A DNA stretch of 54,319 nt, from the NCBI GenBank assembly GCA_965368905.1, contig CBDUOS010000003.1, positions 1-54,319 of the forward strand. Reading direction: 5' to 3'. Made by a program: the position numbers and the translations under genes. Positions 28,391 to 38,938 of this stretch are shown piece after piece (position 1 is the first letter of the stretch; each line of letters begins with the position of its first letter). Source of the stretch: an uncultured Bdellovibrionales bacterium. GTDB taxonomy: Bacteria; Bdellovibrionota; Bdellovibrionia; Bdellovibrionales; JAGQZY01. Below the pieces are notes generated by a model. That model was not told the DNA's origin and ran no database searches. It saw only the letters and a program-made list of their open reading frames with translations.

Positions 28391-29191
28391 ATGTCATCAC
28401 CAAAAATCAAAGCCCTTACCATCTACCCCTTGAAATCGGCTAAGGGAGTCTCTTTACAAGAAATTCAAATTGATTCTGCAGGTCCTATTTGGGATCGAGA
28501 GTGGATGTTAGTTCGCAAACAAACCAAGGCTTTTGTTTCTCAGCGCACCCACCCTCAAATGTGTCAATTGCGATGCCAATTAGAAGAAGGTTTCCTGAAA
28601 GTCCAATGGCCAGGAAAAGAGGATATCGAGATTCCATTGACCGCGCCCTCTGGAGAGGCTGTTGAAGCCACATTGTTCAACAAAACCGTCGGCAGCGTAT
28701 CGATCGGAAAGTCTTTTGATCTTTGGTTTAGCGAGGCCCTGCAAACCGAAGTGATGTTGGTTCGGGTCCCTAAAAATAACCAAAGAACAACCTCGGGCAG
28801 AAATGGCCCGTCGACTTCCCTTCGCTTTGCCGATGGTTATCCCTTCCTACTAACTAGTGACAGCACTTTAAAACACCTTAACTCTAGACTTCCTGCGCCC
28901 GTTCCGATGGCTCGCTTTCGTCCCAATATTGAAATCGAAGACGCTCCCACCGACCAAGAGGATCAGTGGTCGTCATTTTCGATCAATGGGGTGAATTTTC
29001 TTGCCGTTAAAGCGTGCAGCCGGTGCGCAATCATTGATGTGGACCCGGCAACGGGTGAGAAGTCAAAAACCGTTTCCCGTGAATTAAAGAAGTACCGCCA
29101 GAAAGATGGCAGCTTGCTCTTTGGGATTAACCTCAGTCACACCAACTGTGGCCGAATTCACGTCGGCGCGCCACTCGAAAATCTCAGTTGA
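28391..29191 (+). CDS. MOSC domain protein (YcbX/mARC-like)
   Basis: IYPLKS, DREWM, FADGYP, RFRPNI, CSRC. Confidence 0.93.
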   Translation: MSSPKIKALTIYPLKSAKGVSLQEIQIDSAGPIWDREWMLVRKQTKAFVSQRTHPQMCQLRCQLEEGFLKVQWPGKEDIEIPLTAPSGEAVEATLFNKTVGSVSIGKSFDLWFSEALQTEVMLVRVPKNNQRTTSGRNGPSTSLRFADGYPFLLTSDSTLKHLNSRLPAPVPMARFRPNIEIEDAPTDQEDQWSSFSINGVNFLAVKACSRCAIIDVDPATGEKSKTVSRELKKYRQKDGSLLFGINLSHTNCGRIHVGAPLENLS

Positions 29192-29197
29192 AAAACA

Positions 29198-30313
29198 TCA
29201 GTTGAAGATTTGTTTTTGAACTTCTGAGAAGTTGATCTTTCCCAACTCCGTTCTTGGAAACTTTGATAAAAAATGAACCTTACAGATGTTTTCGTAAGGC
29301 ATAAGGTCCCTATTCACTTCCGCAATTGGCAGGCTTACCGGCTCAGACTCTACAACCAGATGAATTTCATAGCCTCGTCGACTTTCAACCTTTGGGAGCA
29401 AAAGAATATTGCCTGGAATTTTAATTTGTAAGGTGTTTTTCAGCTCAAGCAAATTGACTGTCTCTCCTAAAATTTTAACGATCTCAGATTCACGTCCTAA
29501 AACCTTAATTTTACGATCTTGCACCTCGATGCGATCATCCAACACAAACGGCTGGGGGCGTGGCTGCCAAACAGACTCACCACTCTCTTTGACCCATAAA
29601 AACCCATCAAACAAACTGGCTGAGTTCACTTTGAACTGCTCTCCAATCGGCTCCAAATCAACATGACTCAGTAGGTGAGCCTCAGGAAATTCCATCACAC
29701 TAAGACTTTGTGGACTAGCGGCAGCCATCAGGGCCGCCGTCTCAGTCATTCCGTAACTGGGGATCAGCGGCCACCCCAATTCACGACCGCGAAAGTAGAG
29801 ATCTTTATTCAATGGACCTCCGCCCACAATCACCAAACGCAAGGTTTGGGGAGCGCGAAAGCCTTGCTCGACCAAGTCAAAGACTTGAGTCGGAACCAAT
29901 GACGCAATCGTTGCCCCTTGTTGGTCTGCCAGTTTGTGAAAACCGCCAACGTCCCAAGACTCCAAGTCAATGGTTTGCCCTCCGGCAAGATAAGTGCGCG
30001 CCTCAATCGACAGCCCTCCGACATGAAACTGTGGCAAGGGGTTCAGCCACACATCTTGGCTAGTGATTTTAAAAAACTGATTCACCGATGCGGCTGCGGA
30101 TAAAATGGCTTTCTTCGACAAGGCCACCAATTTATGCCCTCGCTGTCCTGACTCGGTTCCTGAGCTCTTCAACCAAATGATCCGCGCTCTATGCTGCTGG
30201 TCGACAGCGTTTTGTAATTTCTCTCTCAACGAATCCGCAAAGCGCGGATTTAAAAGTAAAAGGCTTTCATTCGAAAGCCAAAACTCATCTCCACAGTTCA
30301 CAGCTGCACCCAA
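29198..30313 (-). CDS. menE: O-succinylbenzoate-CoA ligase (compact)
   Basis: SSGTES..K, LPQFHVGG, SYGMTET; men cluster context. Confidence 0.85.
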   Translation of the reverse strand: MGAAVNCGDEFWLSNESLLLLNPRFADSLREKLQNAVDQQHRARIIWLKSSGTESGQRGHKLVALSKKAILSAAASVNQFFKITSQDVWLNPLPQFHVGGLSIEARTYLAGGQTIDLESWDVGGFHKLADQQGATIASLVPTQVFDLVEQGFRAPQTLRLVIVGGGPLNKDLYFRGRELGWPLIPSYGMTETAALMAAASPQSLSVMEFPEAHLLSHVDLEPIGEQFKVNSASLFDGFLWVKESGESVWQPRPQPFVLDDRIEVQDRKIKVLGRESEIVKILGETVNLLELKNTLQIKIPGNILLLPKVESRRGYEIHLVVESEPVSLPIAEVNRDLMPYENICKVHFLSKFPRTELGKINFSEVQKQIFN

Positions 30314-31194
30314 TCCAAGTCGTCAAACAACTCATCAAATCCAATTCCAAACTCTCCGGCCACGGTCATGTGAGGACCTTTTGTCGTTATATACTCATGA
30401 AAGGGAGTTGCCTCATAATGGTTATGAGACATCAATCCATAATCATAAAGTTGTCGACCTGAATCCAATGCCTCTACCATGGCGTGAGCGATCCCCACAG
30501 GGTGATCCAAATAAGAGGTGAATATCAATGGGTGATCCTCATCCAACTCCCACTCTTGCTTTGCCGGCTTAATCACTCGAAAAAAATAGTCCACCTGAGA
30601 AGGGTCCAGCTCCGATTGATCAAATGCCCAAGGCCAATCCATCTTTCTCCACAATGCGACCTCACTAAAAGGGTCTTCCACAAATTGAACCAGAGGCTTG
30701 ATCGAGTTGAGATTCTGCAGAAACTCCTGACTCCCTCTACTATTGCAATCTAAACGCAACCATGGTCGCTCTCTTTTAAACTCTACCAATGAATTCAGAG
30801 CTTGTACTTCTGCAGACATATCTCGACCTACTTTAATTTTTACACTCTCAAACCCTTCGGCAAAGGCTTGTTCAATTTGAGCTTTCCATCCGGTCGGTTC
30901 ACCAAACACTAAAAAATGATTCTTAACCACCCTTCCTTGAATCAAACTGTGCTTTTCAGTTCTCTCCAGGGCGTCTCGTCGTGAAAAGTAAAGGCTGCGT
31001 TTTATCAGTGGAGTGGATTGTCCTTTCTGAATACACGAAGGGATCTCAGAAAACTCAGGATCACCAAATTCGGGCCATGGAAATAAATCTGAATAGCCCG
31101 GAGCTTGCTCAGGGGCCTGGGTTTTAACCAAGTAGCCTTTGCGCAGCTCACCCGTTTTGGCCTTCAGCTCATAAGGGGATAACCAAAGCTTCAT
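30298..31194 (-). CDS. menC: O-succinylbenzoate synthase
   Basis: Enolase-superfamily KIK, RLDCN, EDP motifs; context. Confidence 0.8.
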   Translation of the reverse strand: MKLWLSPYELKAKTGELRKGYLVKTQAPEQAPGYSDLFPWPEFGDPEFSEIPSCIQKGQSTPLIKRSLYFSRRDALERTEKHSLIQGRVVKNHFLVFGEPTGWKAQIEQAFAEGFESVKIKVGRDMSAEVQALNSLVEFKRERPWLRLDCNSRGSQEFLQNLNSIKPLVQFVEDPFSEVALWRKMDWPWAFDQSELDPSQVDYFFRVIKPAKQEWELDEDHPLIFTSYLDHPVGIAHAMVEALDSGRQLYDYGLMSHNHYEATPFHEYITTKGPHMTVAGEFGIGFDELFDDLDWVQL

Positions 31195-32075
31195 CCCATC
31201 ACCAGCCCTATTGAGAGCAAAATCGAAAACAACAATTGATGGAGGGCCGACAGGCCCAAGACCTTGTTCAAGTTTTCTTTTTGCTCCATCATAAAGACGA
31301 GACCAACAATAAAACCCGCCAACGGCAAAAGAGCGAATGAAATAAGCACATAGAGTTTCTTATAAAGAATTAAAAAATAGAAATTCAAAGCATAAGTGAG
31401 GATCAGTAATAGGAAAATCTCAAACTTCACAAATTGATCGCCGAAGCGAACCGCTAATGTTTTTTTATTCACTTTCTTATCAGAGTCACTGTCTCGAAGG
31501 TTGTTTACAGCTATCAAAACCGTCGACAAGAAACCAATTTGCAAGCCTGCGACGACAGCGGCCCCATTGAAATCGAGGGCTTGTAAAAAATAAGTACCCC
31601 CCACGGCAAACAAACCAAAAAACAAAATGACAAACAGATCGCCTAAACCAAGATAGGCTAAGGGGAAGGGGCCGCCAGTATAACCATAGGCCAAGAACAA
31701 TGAAACCAAGCCGAGAACAACAATGGGAAGCCCTCCACGCATAACCAGGGGTAAACCAAAGGCTACTGCTAAAATTAAAAAAAGAACTCCCATCGCCATC
31801 ACTTGCTTGCTCGAGAGCCAACCCATCTGAGTCGCACGCTGAGGTCCCAAACGAGTTTTTGTATCGGCACCTTTTTTAAAATCGATTGCGTCATTGAGTA
31901 AATTGGTAGCAATTTGAATTGAAAAAGCACTTAACAAAGCACACAGACTGATCCAATAGTTCGAAAACGTTCCGAGCGCTAAACTTAAACAGGTTCCCAC
32001 CAAAACCGGCACCAAGGCTGCCGTCAGCGTCTTGAAACGAAAGGCTAGCAACCAGGGTTTGAGCCTAGAAACCAT
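31191..32075 (-). CDS. menA: 1,4-dihydroxy-2-naphthoate prenyltransferase
   Basis: NDAIDFKKGAD, YTGGPFPLAY, NNLRD, KKTLAVR. Confidence 0.95.
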   Translation of the reverse strand: MVSRLKPWLLAFRFKTLTAALVPVLVGTCLSLALGTFSNYWISLCALLSAFSIQIATNLLNDAIDFKKGADTKTRLGPQRATQMGWLSSKQVMAMGVLFLILAVAFGLPLVMRGGLPIVVLGLVSLFLAYGYTGGPFPLAYLGLGDLFVILFFGLFAVGGTYFLQALDFNGAAVVAGLQIGFLSTVLIAVNNLRDSDSDKKVNKKTLAVRFGDQFVKFEIFLLLILTYALNFYFLILYKKLYVLISFALLPLAGFIVGLVFMMEQKENLNKVLGLSALHQLLFSILLSIGLVMG

Positions 32076-32784
32076 TAATCACCTCTTTTATCAGCTCGGC
32101 CACCCAGCGAGGGTTCTCAAAAATTACACCGTGCCCAGCATCGGGCACCTTACGAAATTGTTGGGCCGGCAATTGAATTGAAAGTTCATCTGCAATGGGT
32201 TGAAACTTTAAATCTTTTTCTCCGAAGACCCAACTTATATTTTCTTTATGAGCCTCCAACCATTGACGCCGGTCGGATTGTTTCGCCAATGACCAAGACG
32301 TCAAAATTTGCATATAGGTCTGAAAGCGCTGACTCGCAATATCTCTTTGTGGGCGCGTCGCATCCCTCTTGAAGACGTCTTGCTTATTCCACTGCAACAG
32401 CCACTCTTGTTGACTGCACTGCTTCGACCGGTCAACCCACTCTTTGTCACTGCTCTCTCTCTTTTCTAAGCCCTCACGCAACCCCGGGTGAGCCCCTAGC
32501 AAAACAACTTTGTCCTCTGCCTCTAACGGCAAATGCATCAGAAAACGACCCCCCATTGAATAACCCACAAAAACTTTTTGTTGGCTGGTATGCATACTAT
32601 TTTTAGAAAATAAAGTGGCGGCCTCTGCCAAACTTGGATGCGGATCGACGGAATTAAAAAGCTCCACTAAATCCGGTGTATGGATGTTGAGTTCTTCACG
32701 CATTGGTAGACTCTCGACAACAGAAGTCCAATCCAATGGCTCCCCCAAAAAACCGTGAAAAAAATAAAGATCTACTTTTCCCAT
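32065..32784 (-). CDS. menH: SHCHC synthase (alpha/beta hydrolase)
   Basis: HGFLG, GYSMGGR, GEKD, AGH. Confidence 0.87.
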   Translation of the reverse strand: MGKVDLYFFHGFLGEPLDWTSVVESLPMREELNIHTPDLVELFNSVDPHPSLAEAATLFSKNSMHTSQQKVFVGYSMGGRFLMHLPLEAEDKVVLLGAHPGLREGLEKRESSDKEWVDRSKQCSQQEWLLQWNKQDVFKRDATRPQRDIASQRFQTYMQILTSWSLAKQSDRRQWLEAHKENISWVFGEKDLKFQPIADELSIQLPAQQFRKVPDAGHGVIFENPRWVAELIKEVINGF

Positions 32785-34304
32785 AACCGATCGTAGTTCT
32801 CCCAAAAATTTAACGTTTGTTTGGCGTCCGGTGTCCATTCTACCAGACTCAAACCTGTGGCTGGGCGCATGCACTCGGGGTCATCCACTTTTGAATAGTC
32901 CCATCCCCAAAACTGAGCGATCGAATCAAAGCTGTGGTTGTGGCGATTCTGAAATAAGTCATTTGCAAAAATCCTGGAAAAGATCTGGCCTCCACCATTG
33001 TTGACCACAATCATTTCTACGTCCACATTTTGCGTTTTTAGAAAAGGAGTCACCCAAAGACCATTGAAATCATAAAGAGCCGTCAAATCGCCAACCACAA
33101 TACGATTTTTACTTTTAGGAGTAAGCCAACCAAACGCCGTCGACAATTGTCCATCAATACCATTGGCTCCTCGATTGGAGCGGAACCCTCGGGAGTGTTC
33201 ACCAACAAGATCCCAAAGGCGGATCGGCAGACTGTTTCCCAGGTACAAGCTCTCTTCGTGAACAAGAGTCTGGGCAAACTTTTTAAAAAATGCCACTTCC
33301 GACTTTGGAAAATCGGCGATCAAATTCAACAAAGTCTCCTGCTTCTCTTCCCCCTTATTTCGCCAAGATGACCAGTCCCAAGCCTCACACTGGGGGCCCT
33401 CCCACTGTGATAAGTCCAATTCTGTCAGCAATGATTTGTCAGTACCCGCAAAGGCTTTATTCGAGAAACTATGGACCGTAATACTCATTTGGTCTAAATC
33501 GCGCCAGTAGCGCCCAAGGGGCACGTCCCCGATGCGAATGACGCTCTCAATTTCACCCGAGCGCAGCATCTGGCTCACCATTTTTTCTCCACCCAAAAGG
33601 CGCTGTGATTCTAAGGCCTCGGTGTTTCTCAAGCCCGAGGCCGCCTCTAAAAACAATGGCACCTTAAGTTTTGGCAAAACATTTTTGAGGTTCTCTCTTT
33701 CACTGCTTTGCAGAGCCCCCACCACAATCAAAGATTTTGTAAAAACTGGAAGAGACTCAAACGGGTTGTACTCATGACCAGTGAAATGATTGTCCTGACC
33801 TTCGACGACCCAAGGCTCTGGCTTTCCATCAAGCAAAGGTTCATCAAAACAAAGATTAATATGATAGGGTTTCTTCTTGTGTATATTAACTTCCACGGAA
33901 TCACCCACCGACAAGTCCCAAGCATCTGCTACAAAATTGCGAAAAATTTGAGATTGTTCAATGGCCTGTGGCGCCCCTGTACCCCGTAACCTTTTCGGGC
34001 GATCTGCGGTCAGTAAAACCAATGGTGTATCTGTGTAATGAGCTTCGATGGCTGCAGGAAGCATCTCAGCAACGGCTGTTCCGGAGGTTGTCACAACCAC
34101 AACTGGACGCTGATCTCGTCTGGCCCGCCCTAATGCAAAAAATGAAGCTGATCTTTCGTCAAAAAAAGACAGAACATTGCAGTTGGTTGCGCTGCCAAGG
34201 GTTTCTATCAAAGGAGCGTTGCGAGCACCCGGACAAATACAAAAATCACGAGCGCCCTGTTGAACCAGCTCAGCAATCACCTGCCGTGAGAACTTCAAAT
34301 TCAT
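32772..34304 (-). CDS. menD: SEPHCHC synthase
   Basis: CPGARNAP, DERSA, TSGTA, NRGANGIDG, GDL, NNGGG. Confidence 0.96.
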   Translation of the reverse strand: MNLKFSRQVIAELVQQGARDFCICPGARNAPLIETLGSATNCNVLSFFDERSASFFALGRARRDQRPVVVVTTSGTAVAEMLPAAIEAHYTDTPLVLLTADRPKRLRGTGAPQAIEQSQIFRNFVADAWDLSVGDSVEVNIHKKKPYHINLCFDEPLLDGKPEPWVVEGQDNHFTGHEYNPFESLPVFTKSLIVVGALQSSERENLKNVLPKLKVPLFLEAASGLRNTEALESQRLLGGEKMVSQMLRSGEIESVIRIGDVPLGRYWRDLDQMSITVHSFSNKAFAGTDKSLLTELDLSQWEGPQCEAWDWSSWRNKGEEKQETLLNLIADFPKSEVAFFKKFAQTLVHEESLYLGNSLPIRLWDLVGEHSRGFRSNRGANGIDGQLSTAFGWLTPKSKNRIVVGDLTALYDFNGLWVTPFLKTQNVDVEMIVVNNGGGQIFSRIFANDLFQNRHNHSFDSIAQFWGWDYSKVDDPECMRPATGLSLVEWTPDAKQTLNFWENYDRLWEK

Positions 34305-35344
34305 AAGACCCCAAAAACTTTTTTTATGGACTCTCTTTTAAATTTAAGTTCATTCAACTCTTTTTCATACTCACTCTGCGGAACAACTCCACAGCCGGCT
34401 CCCATTTTGATTTTATCTCCATTCCAGGTCAGACCACGGATCGAAACAATCACGTCAGCAGAACGCGGAGAATAAGAAACCGAAAACGGTGCTCCAAAAC
34501 GATCTCTCGGTAATGTTTCATCTATTTGTCGTAACAAGGTTTGGCTTTGCAAACGAGGAAAACCACCCAAAGCTGCAGTGGGATGCAATCGATCAATCAA
34601 CTTTTCGAGACTCACATTATGACTGGTTTTCAACTCAATGGGAGTGAGCATATGAACCAAGTCGGTGGCTGAAACAATTTGGGTGTCATGGACATCAATG
34701 TTCCCTAATCCTTTCAACTGATTCACGATATCTTCGATCACTTTTTGGTGCTCTAACTTTTCTTTGGGATCTTCTTTAAACTGGTCAGGGTTCAGCTCCC
34801 ACTGATCCATTGGGCATGTTCCGGCCAAAGCCATCGTCGCAAACTGATGTTCATTGATTTGCGAAATCAAAACCTCGGGACTCAATCCGATTTCACCCTT
34901 TTCACCACGCCATCGACCGTAGAGAAATCCCTTTTCAAATCGCAAAGAATTCCCAATAAAGTGTTCTAAGAAATGTGTGCGATCCTGCACCGTTCCCTCT
35001 TCAAAAAGGTAGGGAACCACTTTATCAACATCCTTTTTTGCAAAAGATTTTTGGATTTTTTCAAACTGATCAGCAAAGACCTGAGGCTCTACTGGCAACC
35101 AGTCTACAGGAATAGGGGCCACTTCAAATAAGCCTCGAGCCTCTTCGCGACTGATTTGCAGGGCGTAAGGATATAGGGCCCAGGGCACTGACTTCTTTGC
35201 AAAATAAGGGGGACTCTGTAGGGCCACAGCCTCGGGGCGAGAATCACTGAGATGAGGTTCTCCCCAAAATAACCAAACCTGATCCATTTTCGCAAAAATG
35301 GCTCCGGACTTTAAAAATTGGACTCTATCGAAATCAATCACCAT
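34301..35344 (-). CDS. menF: Isochorismate synthase
   Basis: SPE, MALAGT, KEKLEH, LHPTAALGG, GAGCGVV. Confidence 0.9.
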   Translation of the reverse strand: MVIDFDRVQFLKSGAIFAKMDQVWLFWGEPHLSDSRPEAVALQSPPYFAKKSVPWALYPYALQISREEARGLFEVAPIPVDWLPVEPQVFADQFEKIQKSFAKKDVDKVVPYLFEEGTVQDRTHFLEHFIGNSLRFEKGFLYGRWRGEKGEIGLSPEVLISQINEHQFATMALAGTCPMDQWELNPDQFKEDPKEKLEHQKVIEDIVNQLKGLGNIDVHDTQIVSATDLVHMLTPIELKTSHNVSLEKLIDRLHPTAALGGFPRLQSQTLLRQIDETLPRDRFGAPFSVSYSPRSADVIVSIRGLTWNGDKIKMGAGCGVVPQSEYEKELNELKFKRESIKKVFGVL

Positions 35345-35468
35345 CCTTGTCTTATTTCACAGATATAGAAAAATGAATAGAATTGATCTTAGGAATTTGG
35401 CCCCAGACAAGGGGATTTTCTAGGAACTTCCTACTTTTTTTGGTAAGGTACCGGCGATAAAAGGTAGG

Positions 35469-36266
35469 ATGATGGATCGAGTTGTGAATATTGGACCCCT
35501 GACTGTTGGAAATAATACTTTTACCGTTATTGCGGGACCCTGTTCTATTGAATCCGAGGAGCAATTTCTACCTACTGCCCAATTTGTAATGGATAAAGGC
35601 GCCTCTATGGTGCGGGGCGGCATCTTCAAGATGCGGACAAAACCCGATGCCTTCCAAGGCCTGGGAGAACAAGCCCTCCACTTTGTGAAAAAAATGAAGG
35701 AATCTGTCAAAGCTCCATTTATCGCTGAAATCACAGACCCCAGACAAATCGATGTTTTAATGCCAATGGTGGACTGCTTCCAAGTCGGCAGCCGCAACAT
35801 GTACAACTACGAACTGCTTAAAGAATTGGGTAAAGTGTCTATGCCGGTTCTCTTAAAACGTGGCTTTTCAGCCTTAATAAAAGAGTGGGTCAGTGCCGCC
35901 GATTACCTTGTACACTCTGGGAATGATCAGGTGATTTTGTGCGAACGAGGTATTCGATCTTTTGAAGGCCCCATGCGCAACACTTTGGATTTAGCTGGCG
36001 TCGCTTACCTTAAAGAGCACCACGACTTTCCAGTGTTGGTCGACCCTTCTCACGGAACCGGCCGCCCCGAGTTGATCCCAGCTATGACCAAGGCCGCCAT
36101 TGCCAGTGGTGCCGATGGAATCATTGTTGAAGTTCATCCCAATCCAGAACAAGCATTGAGCGATGGTTTTCAAGCTCTAAATTTTGAAGCCTTCTCAAGT
36201 TTGATGGACCAAATCGAACCTTTCTTAAACTTAATGAATCGGAAATTGGTTCATGGACAAGCGTGA
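35469..36266 (+). CDS. aroF: DAHP synthase type I-beta (no regulatory domain)
   Basis: IAGPCSIES, KMRT, GSRNM, CERG, DPSH, EVH. Confidence 0.92.
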   Translation: MMDRVVNIGPLTVGNNTFTVIAGPCSIESEEQFLPTAQFVMDKGASMVRGGIFKMRTKPDAFQGLGEQALHFVKKMKESVKAPFIAEITDPRQIDVLMPMVDCFQVGSRNMYNYELLKELGKVSMPVLLKRGFSALIKEWVSAADYLVHSGNDQVILCERGIRSFEGPMRNTLDLAGVAYLKEHHDFPVLVDPSHGTGRPELIPAMTKAAIASGADGIIVEVHPNPEQALSDGFQALNFEAFSSLMDQIEPFLNLMNRKLVHGQA

Positions 36267-36954
36267 ACAAACCATAAAAAACATGTTCTCTGAAATTGCT
36301 GGGTCCTATGACCGGGCCAATTCCGTATTGAGCTTGGGCATACACCATATTTGGAAACAAAAGCTCGTTGGTCTCACTCCAGTGAAAACAGGCGACTCTG
36401 TCTTAGACTGCGCCACTGGAACCGGAGACCTCGCCCTTCTCTTCAAAAAGAAGGTGGGTGAAACAGGCAAAGTGATTGGCACCGATTTTTGCCAAGAAAT
36501 GTTGGATGTAGCACCCGACAAAGCGGCCGCGCAAAAACTCGATGTGAATTTTCAGCTGGCCGACGTAACCAAGCTGCCTTTTCCCGACAAGATTTTTAAT
36601 GCTTGTAGTATTTCTTTTGGCATTCGCAACGTTGAAAACCGAATTGAAGCCTACAAAGAAATGGCCCGAGTCACAAAATCAGGTGGTCACGTGATGATCC
36701 TTGAGTTTGGACAAATAAAAACGCCCGGAATCAAACAGGCTTACAACTTTTATTCGACAAAAGTTTTGCCAAAAATTGGCGGCTGGCTTTCTGGTAAACC
36801 CGAAGCTTACCAGTACCTAAACGATTCATCACAGGTCTTCCCTTGCGACCAAGATTTCGCTGACGAGATGATGTCGACAGGTCTTTATAAGAGTATCGAC
36901 ATCACGACCCTCAGCTTTGGCGTGGCTTACATTTACAAGTGCCAAGTCCTTTAA
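36253..36954 (+). CDS. menG: Demethylmenaquinone methyltransferase (UbiE/MenG)
   Basis: YDRANSVLSLG, LDCATGTGD, FGIRNV, AYQYL. Confidence 0.93.
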   Translation: MDKREQTIKNMFSEIAGSYDRANSVLSLGIHHIWKQKLVGLTPVKTGDSVLDCATGTGDLALLFKKKVGETGKVIGTDFCQEMLDVAPDKAAAQKLDVNFQLADVTKLPFPDKIFNACSISFGIRNVENRIEAYKEMARVTKSGGHVMILEFGQIKTPGIKQAYNFYSTKVLPKIGGWLSGKPEAYQYLNDSSQVFPCDQDFADEMMSTGLYKSIDITTLSFGVAYIYKCQVL

Positions 36955-36994
36955 CTCTTTAATCCACACCGCTTTTCTCTACATGACAGAACTC

Positions 36995-37453
36995 TTAATT
37001 TTTGAATCGCTCCAAATCGATTCGAAAGTATTCAATGATACTTGCAAAAAGAAGGGAATAACTCCCTATCGTAATTAGGGTGACATCTATTCGCTGAGGG
37101 CGTAGGTAATTAAGGATGGGTTCGTAAACAAATTCAAATTGGTACCAGAAAACAATCCATAGGGTAACAAACCAACGTGCATATTCCACAAGAAAACTTG
37201 CGATATACTTTCCCCGAATCGTGGGAAAATGAAGATATCTAAACATTAACTTGAATGAGCAGTAGACTAATCCCATCATTGAAATATAAATTACGACAGA
37301 CGATTTTAGTTTTACCGGCACTGAAATCCACGGATTTTCAAGCAAGTACCAATTCAGCAAGAGGCCGGTAAAGAGAGATAAAAATATCACCCGACGGGGC
37401 AATTTATCCTGATCATAAATAAGTAATTGATCGATCCAATTTGAGATCTTCAT
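36995..37453 (-). CDS. Hypothetical membrane protein (about 4 TM)
   Basis: Four hydrophobic aromatic-rich segments. Confidence 0.65.
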   Translation of the reverse strand: MKISNWIDQLLIYDQDKLPRRVIFLSLFTGLLLNWYLLENPWISVPVKLKSSVVIYISMMGLVYCSFKLMFRYLHFPTIRGKYIASFLVEYARWFVTLWIVFWYQFEFVYEPILNYLRPQRIDVTLITIGSYSLLFASIIEYFRIDLERFKN

Positions 37454-37620
37454 AACCAAGGTCCTTGAGGGTTACAAAATCCGAACCGTTCGGAGTTTTC
37501 CTTAGCTTAGGGTAACAAGGACCGGCCCTTCCAGCTGGGACCAGCTGGGCGGTCAAAGGTTTTTCTTGAAAAGACTGGATGGTTACAAAGCCGCAAATTT
37601 TGCGCTCTTCAGGAAGCCTC

Positions 37621-38406
37621 CTACTGAACTGTTGTCTGTAAGTTATTTTCCTCTGGTGGGCGCTGAAAAAGTCGAGACATAAAACTCTCGAACCCTTTCC
37701 AGGCTCCTCGCACTTCCTTAAAAAAGCCACCGGAACGAATATGTTGGAAAAGTTCTTTCAACTGAGTCTCGATGGGCCGGTCCACCTTTAGTTTTTTATT
37801 CAAATACAGAATTGTCACAATTGCTGACAACAGCCCGACAAACCCACCCGGGGTCAGAGCAACTGCCGTCATTCCAGCAAGACCCAAAACACCCCCTTTT
37901 TTAAAAGCTTCAGGGTGAAAGTTTTCTTGATAGCCATAAGCTAAACCGCAGATTGCGATCAGGCATAAAAAGGGTTTGGCGGCAAACACACCGGCGACTC
38001 CAATTTCACCAAGGGCTTGTGAGAAAGCTTCTCTATCCTTTTGCGTCCAACCAAGAACCAGAGCGACAATTGCCACTGTTTCACCGATCAACGGATCTAG
38101 CACTTCTTTGCGGTTTTGCTGAAAGGTTTCAACAATGACCGTCTCATTGATTCCCAGGTTTCTCAAAAGAGTGATGAAGTTCTCTTTGGCTTTTTGGGCT
38201 TTCTCCCCAGCCGCCTTCTTCTTCACCGTTTCTACATACTCTCGACCCCAATTGACAAAGGCCTCTTTGTTTTCCTTAGGGTCTGCTTTTACAATTTTCT
38301 CAACTTTTGATTTTGAACCTTTAAACTTTTCAAAAACGAAATCTCGCAACTCATCCGCAACGATCGAAATATTTTTTTCGAACTGGTCCCAATGGTCTCT
38401 AAGCAT
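37621..38406 (-). CDS. Hypothetical membrane protein, Gly/Ala-rich helices
   Basis: Charged N-terminus then 3-4 hydrophobic segments; overlaps upstream gene by 8 bp. Confidence 0.75.
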   Translation of the reverse strand: MLRDHWDQFEKNISIVADELRDFVFEKFKGSKSKVEKIVKADPKENKEAFVNWGREYVETVKKKAAGEKAQKAKENFITLLRNLGINETVIVETFQQNRKEVLDPLIGETVAIVALVLGWTQKDREAFSQALGEIGVAGVFAAKPFLCLIAICGLAYGYQENFHPEAFKKGGVLGLAGMTAVALTPGGFVGLLSAIVTILYLNKKLKVDRPIETQLKELFQHIRSGGFFKEVRGAWKGFESFMSRLFQRPPEENNLQTTVQ

Positions 38407-38911
38407 TGATACCTCCTAGAGCTTCTTTTTTAGCTTCATCCCACTGCTGGCTCAACTCTTTTACCTTTTTTAGTTTTTCTTTCACTGTATGGTCTGAAGA
38501 CTGAGCTTGATTCGGCCACTCTGCCAAAACAGCAGTTAGAATCTGGCTCCATTTTTCTGGCCGAGGGTCTTCGGCTAAACTGGTCCACATTTCGTTAATC
38601 ACTTCCCGGTACTCAGATTTCAGGTGCGGATAAGCCTCTCGTGCCGCATTGTAGCGACGGTACACCTGAATCAAAAGACTCCTATTGGTTTGTCGATGGG
38701 GAACTTTGACTTGAAACCGGAGGGCATCTTCGCGAATCTGCTGCATGATCTTTTTGGTTTTCCCAGTCACACTCAATTCTTCATCAGCCTTTTCTGGTTG
38801 CAACAAAATAAGAGCTCCCGCCAAGAGCCAAATAAAAACCGGCTCCCAAGTCATTAAAAACAAGCCGACAAAAAATACTGCGGCTAAATCTCTGACCTTC
38901 CGTTTTGACAT
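38399..38911 (-). CDS. Hypothetical protein with N-terminal TM hairpin
   Basis: Hydrophobic residues about 9-37, then helical soluble domain. Confidence 0.75.
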   Translation of the reverse strand: MSKRKVRDLAAVFFVGLFLMTWEPVFIWLLAGALILLQPEKADEELSVTGKTKKIMQQIREDALRFQVKVPHRQTNRSLLIQVYRRYNAAREAYPHLKSEYREVINEMWTSLAEDPRPEKWSQILTAVLAEWPNQAQSSDHTVKEKLKKVKELSQQWDEAKKEALGGINA

Positions 38912-38938
38912 AATTGCATTTCTCCTTTGTCCAGGGTT

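Noticed and set aside
37413-37730. 105-aa minus-strand ORF bridging two genes
   Set aside because: Overlaps both neighbours; no recognisable features
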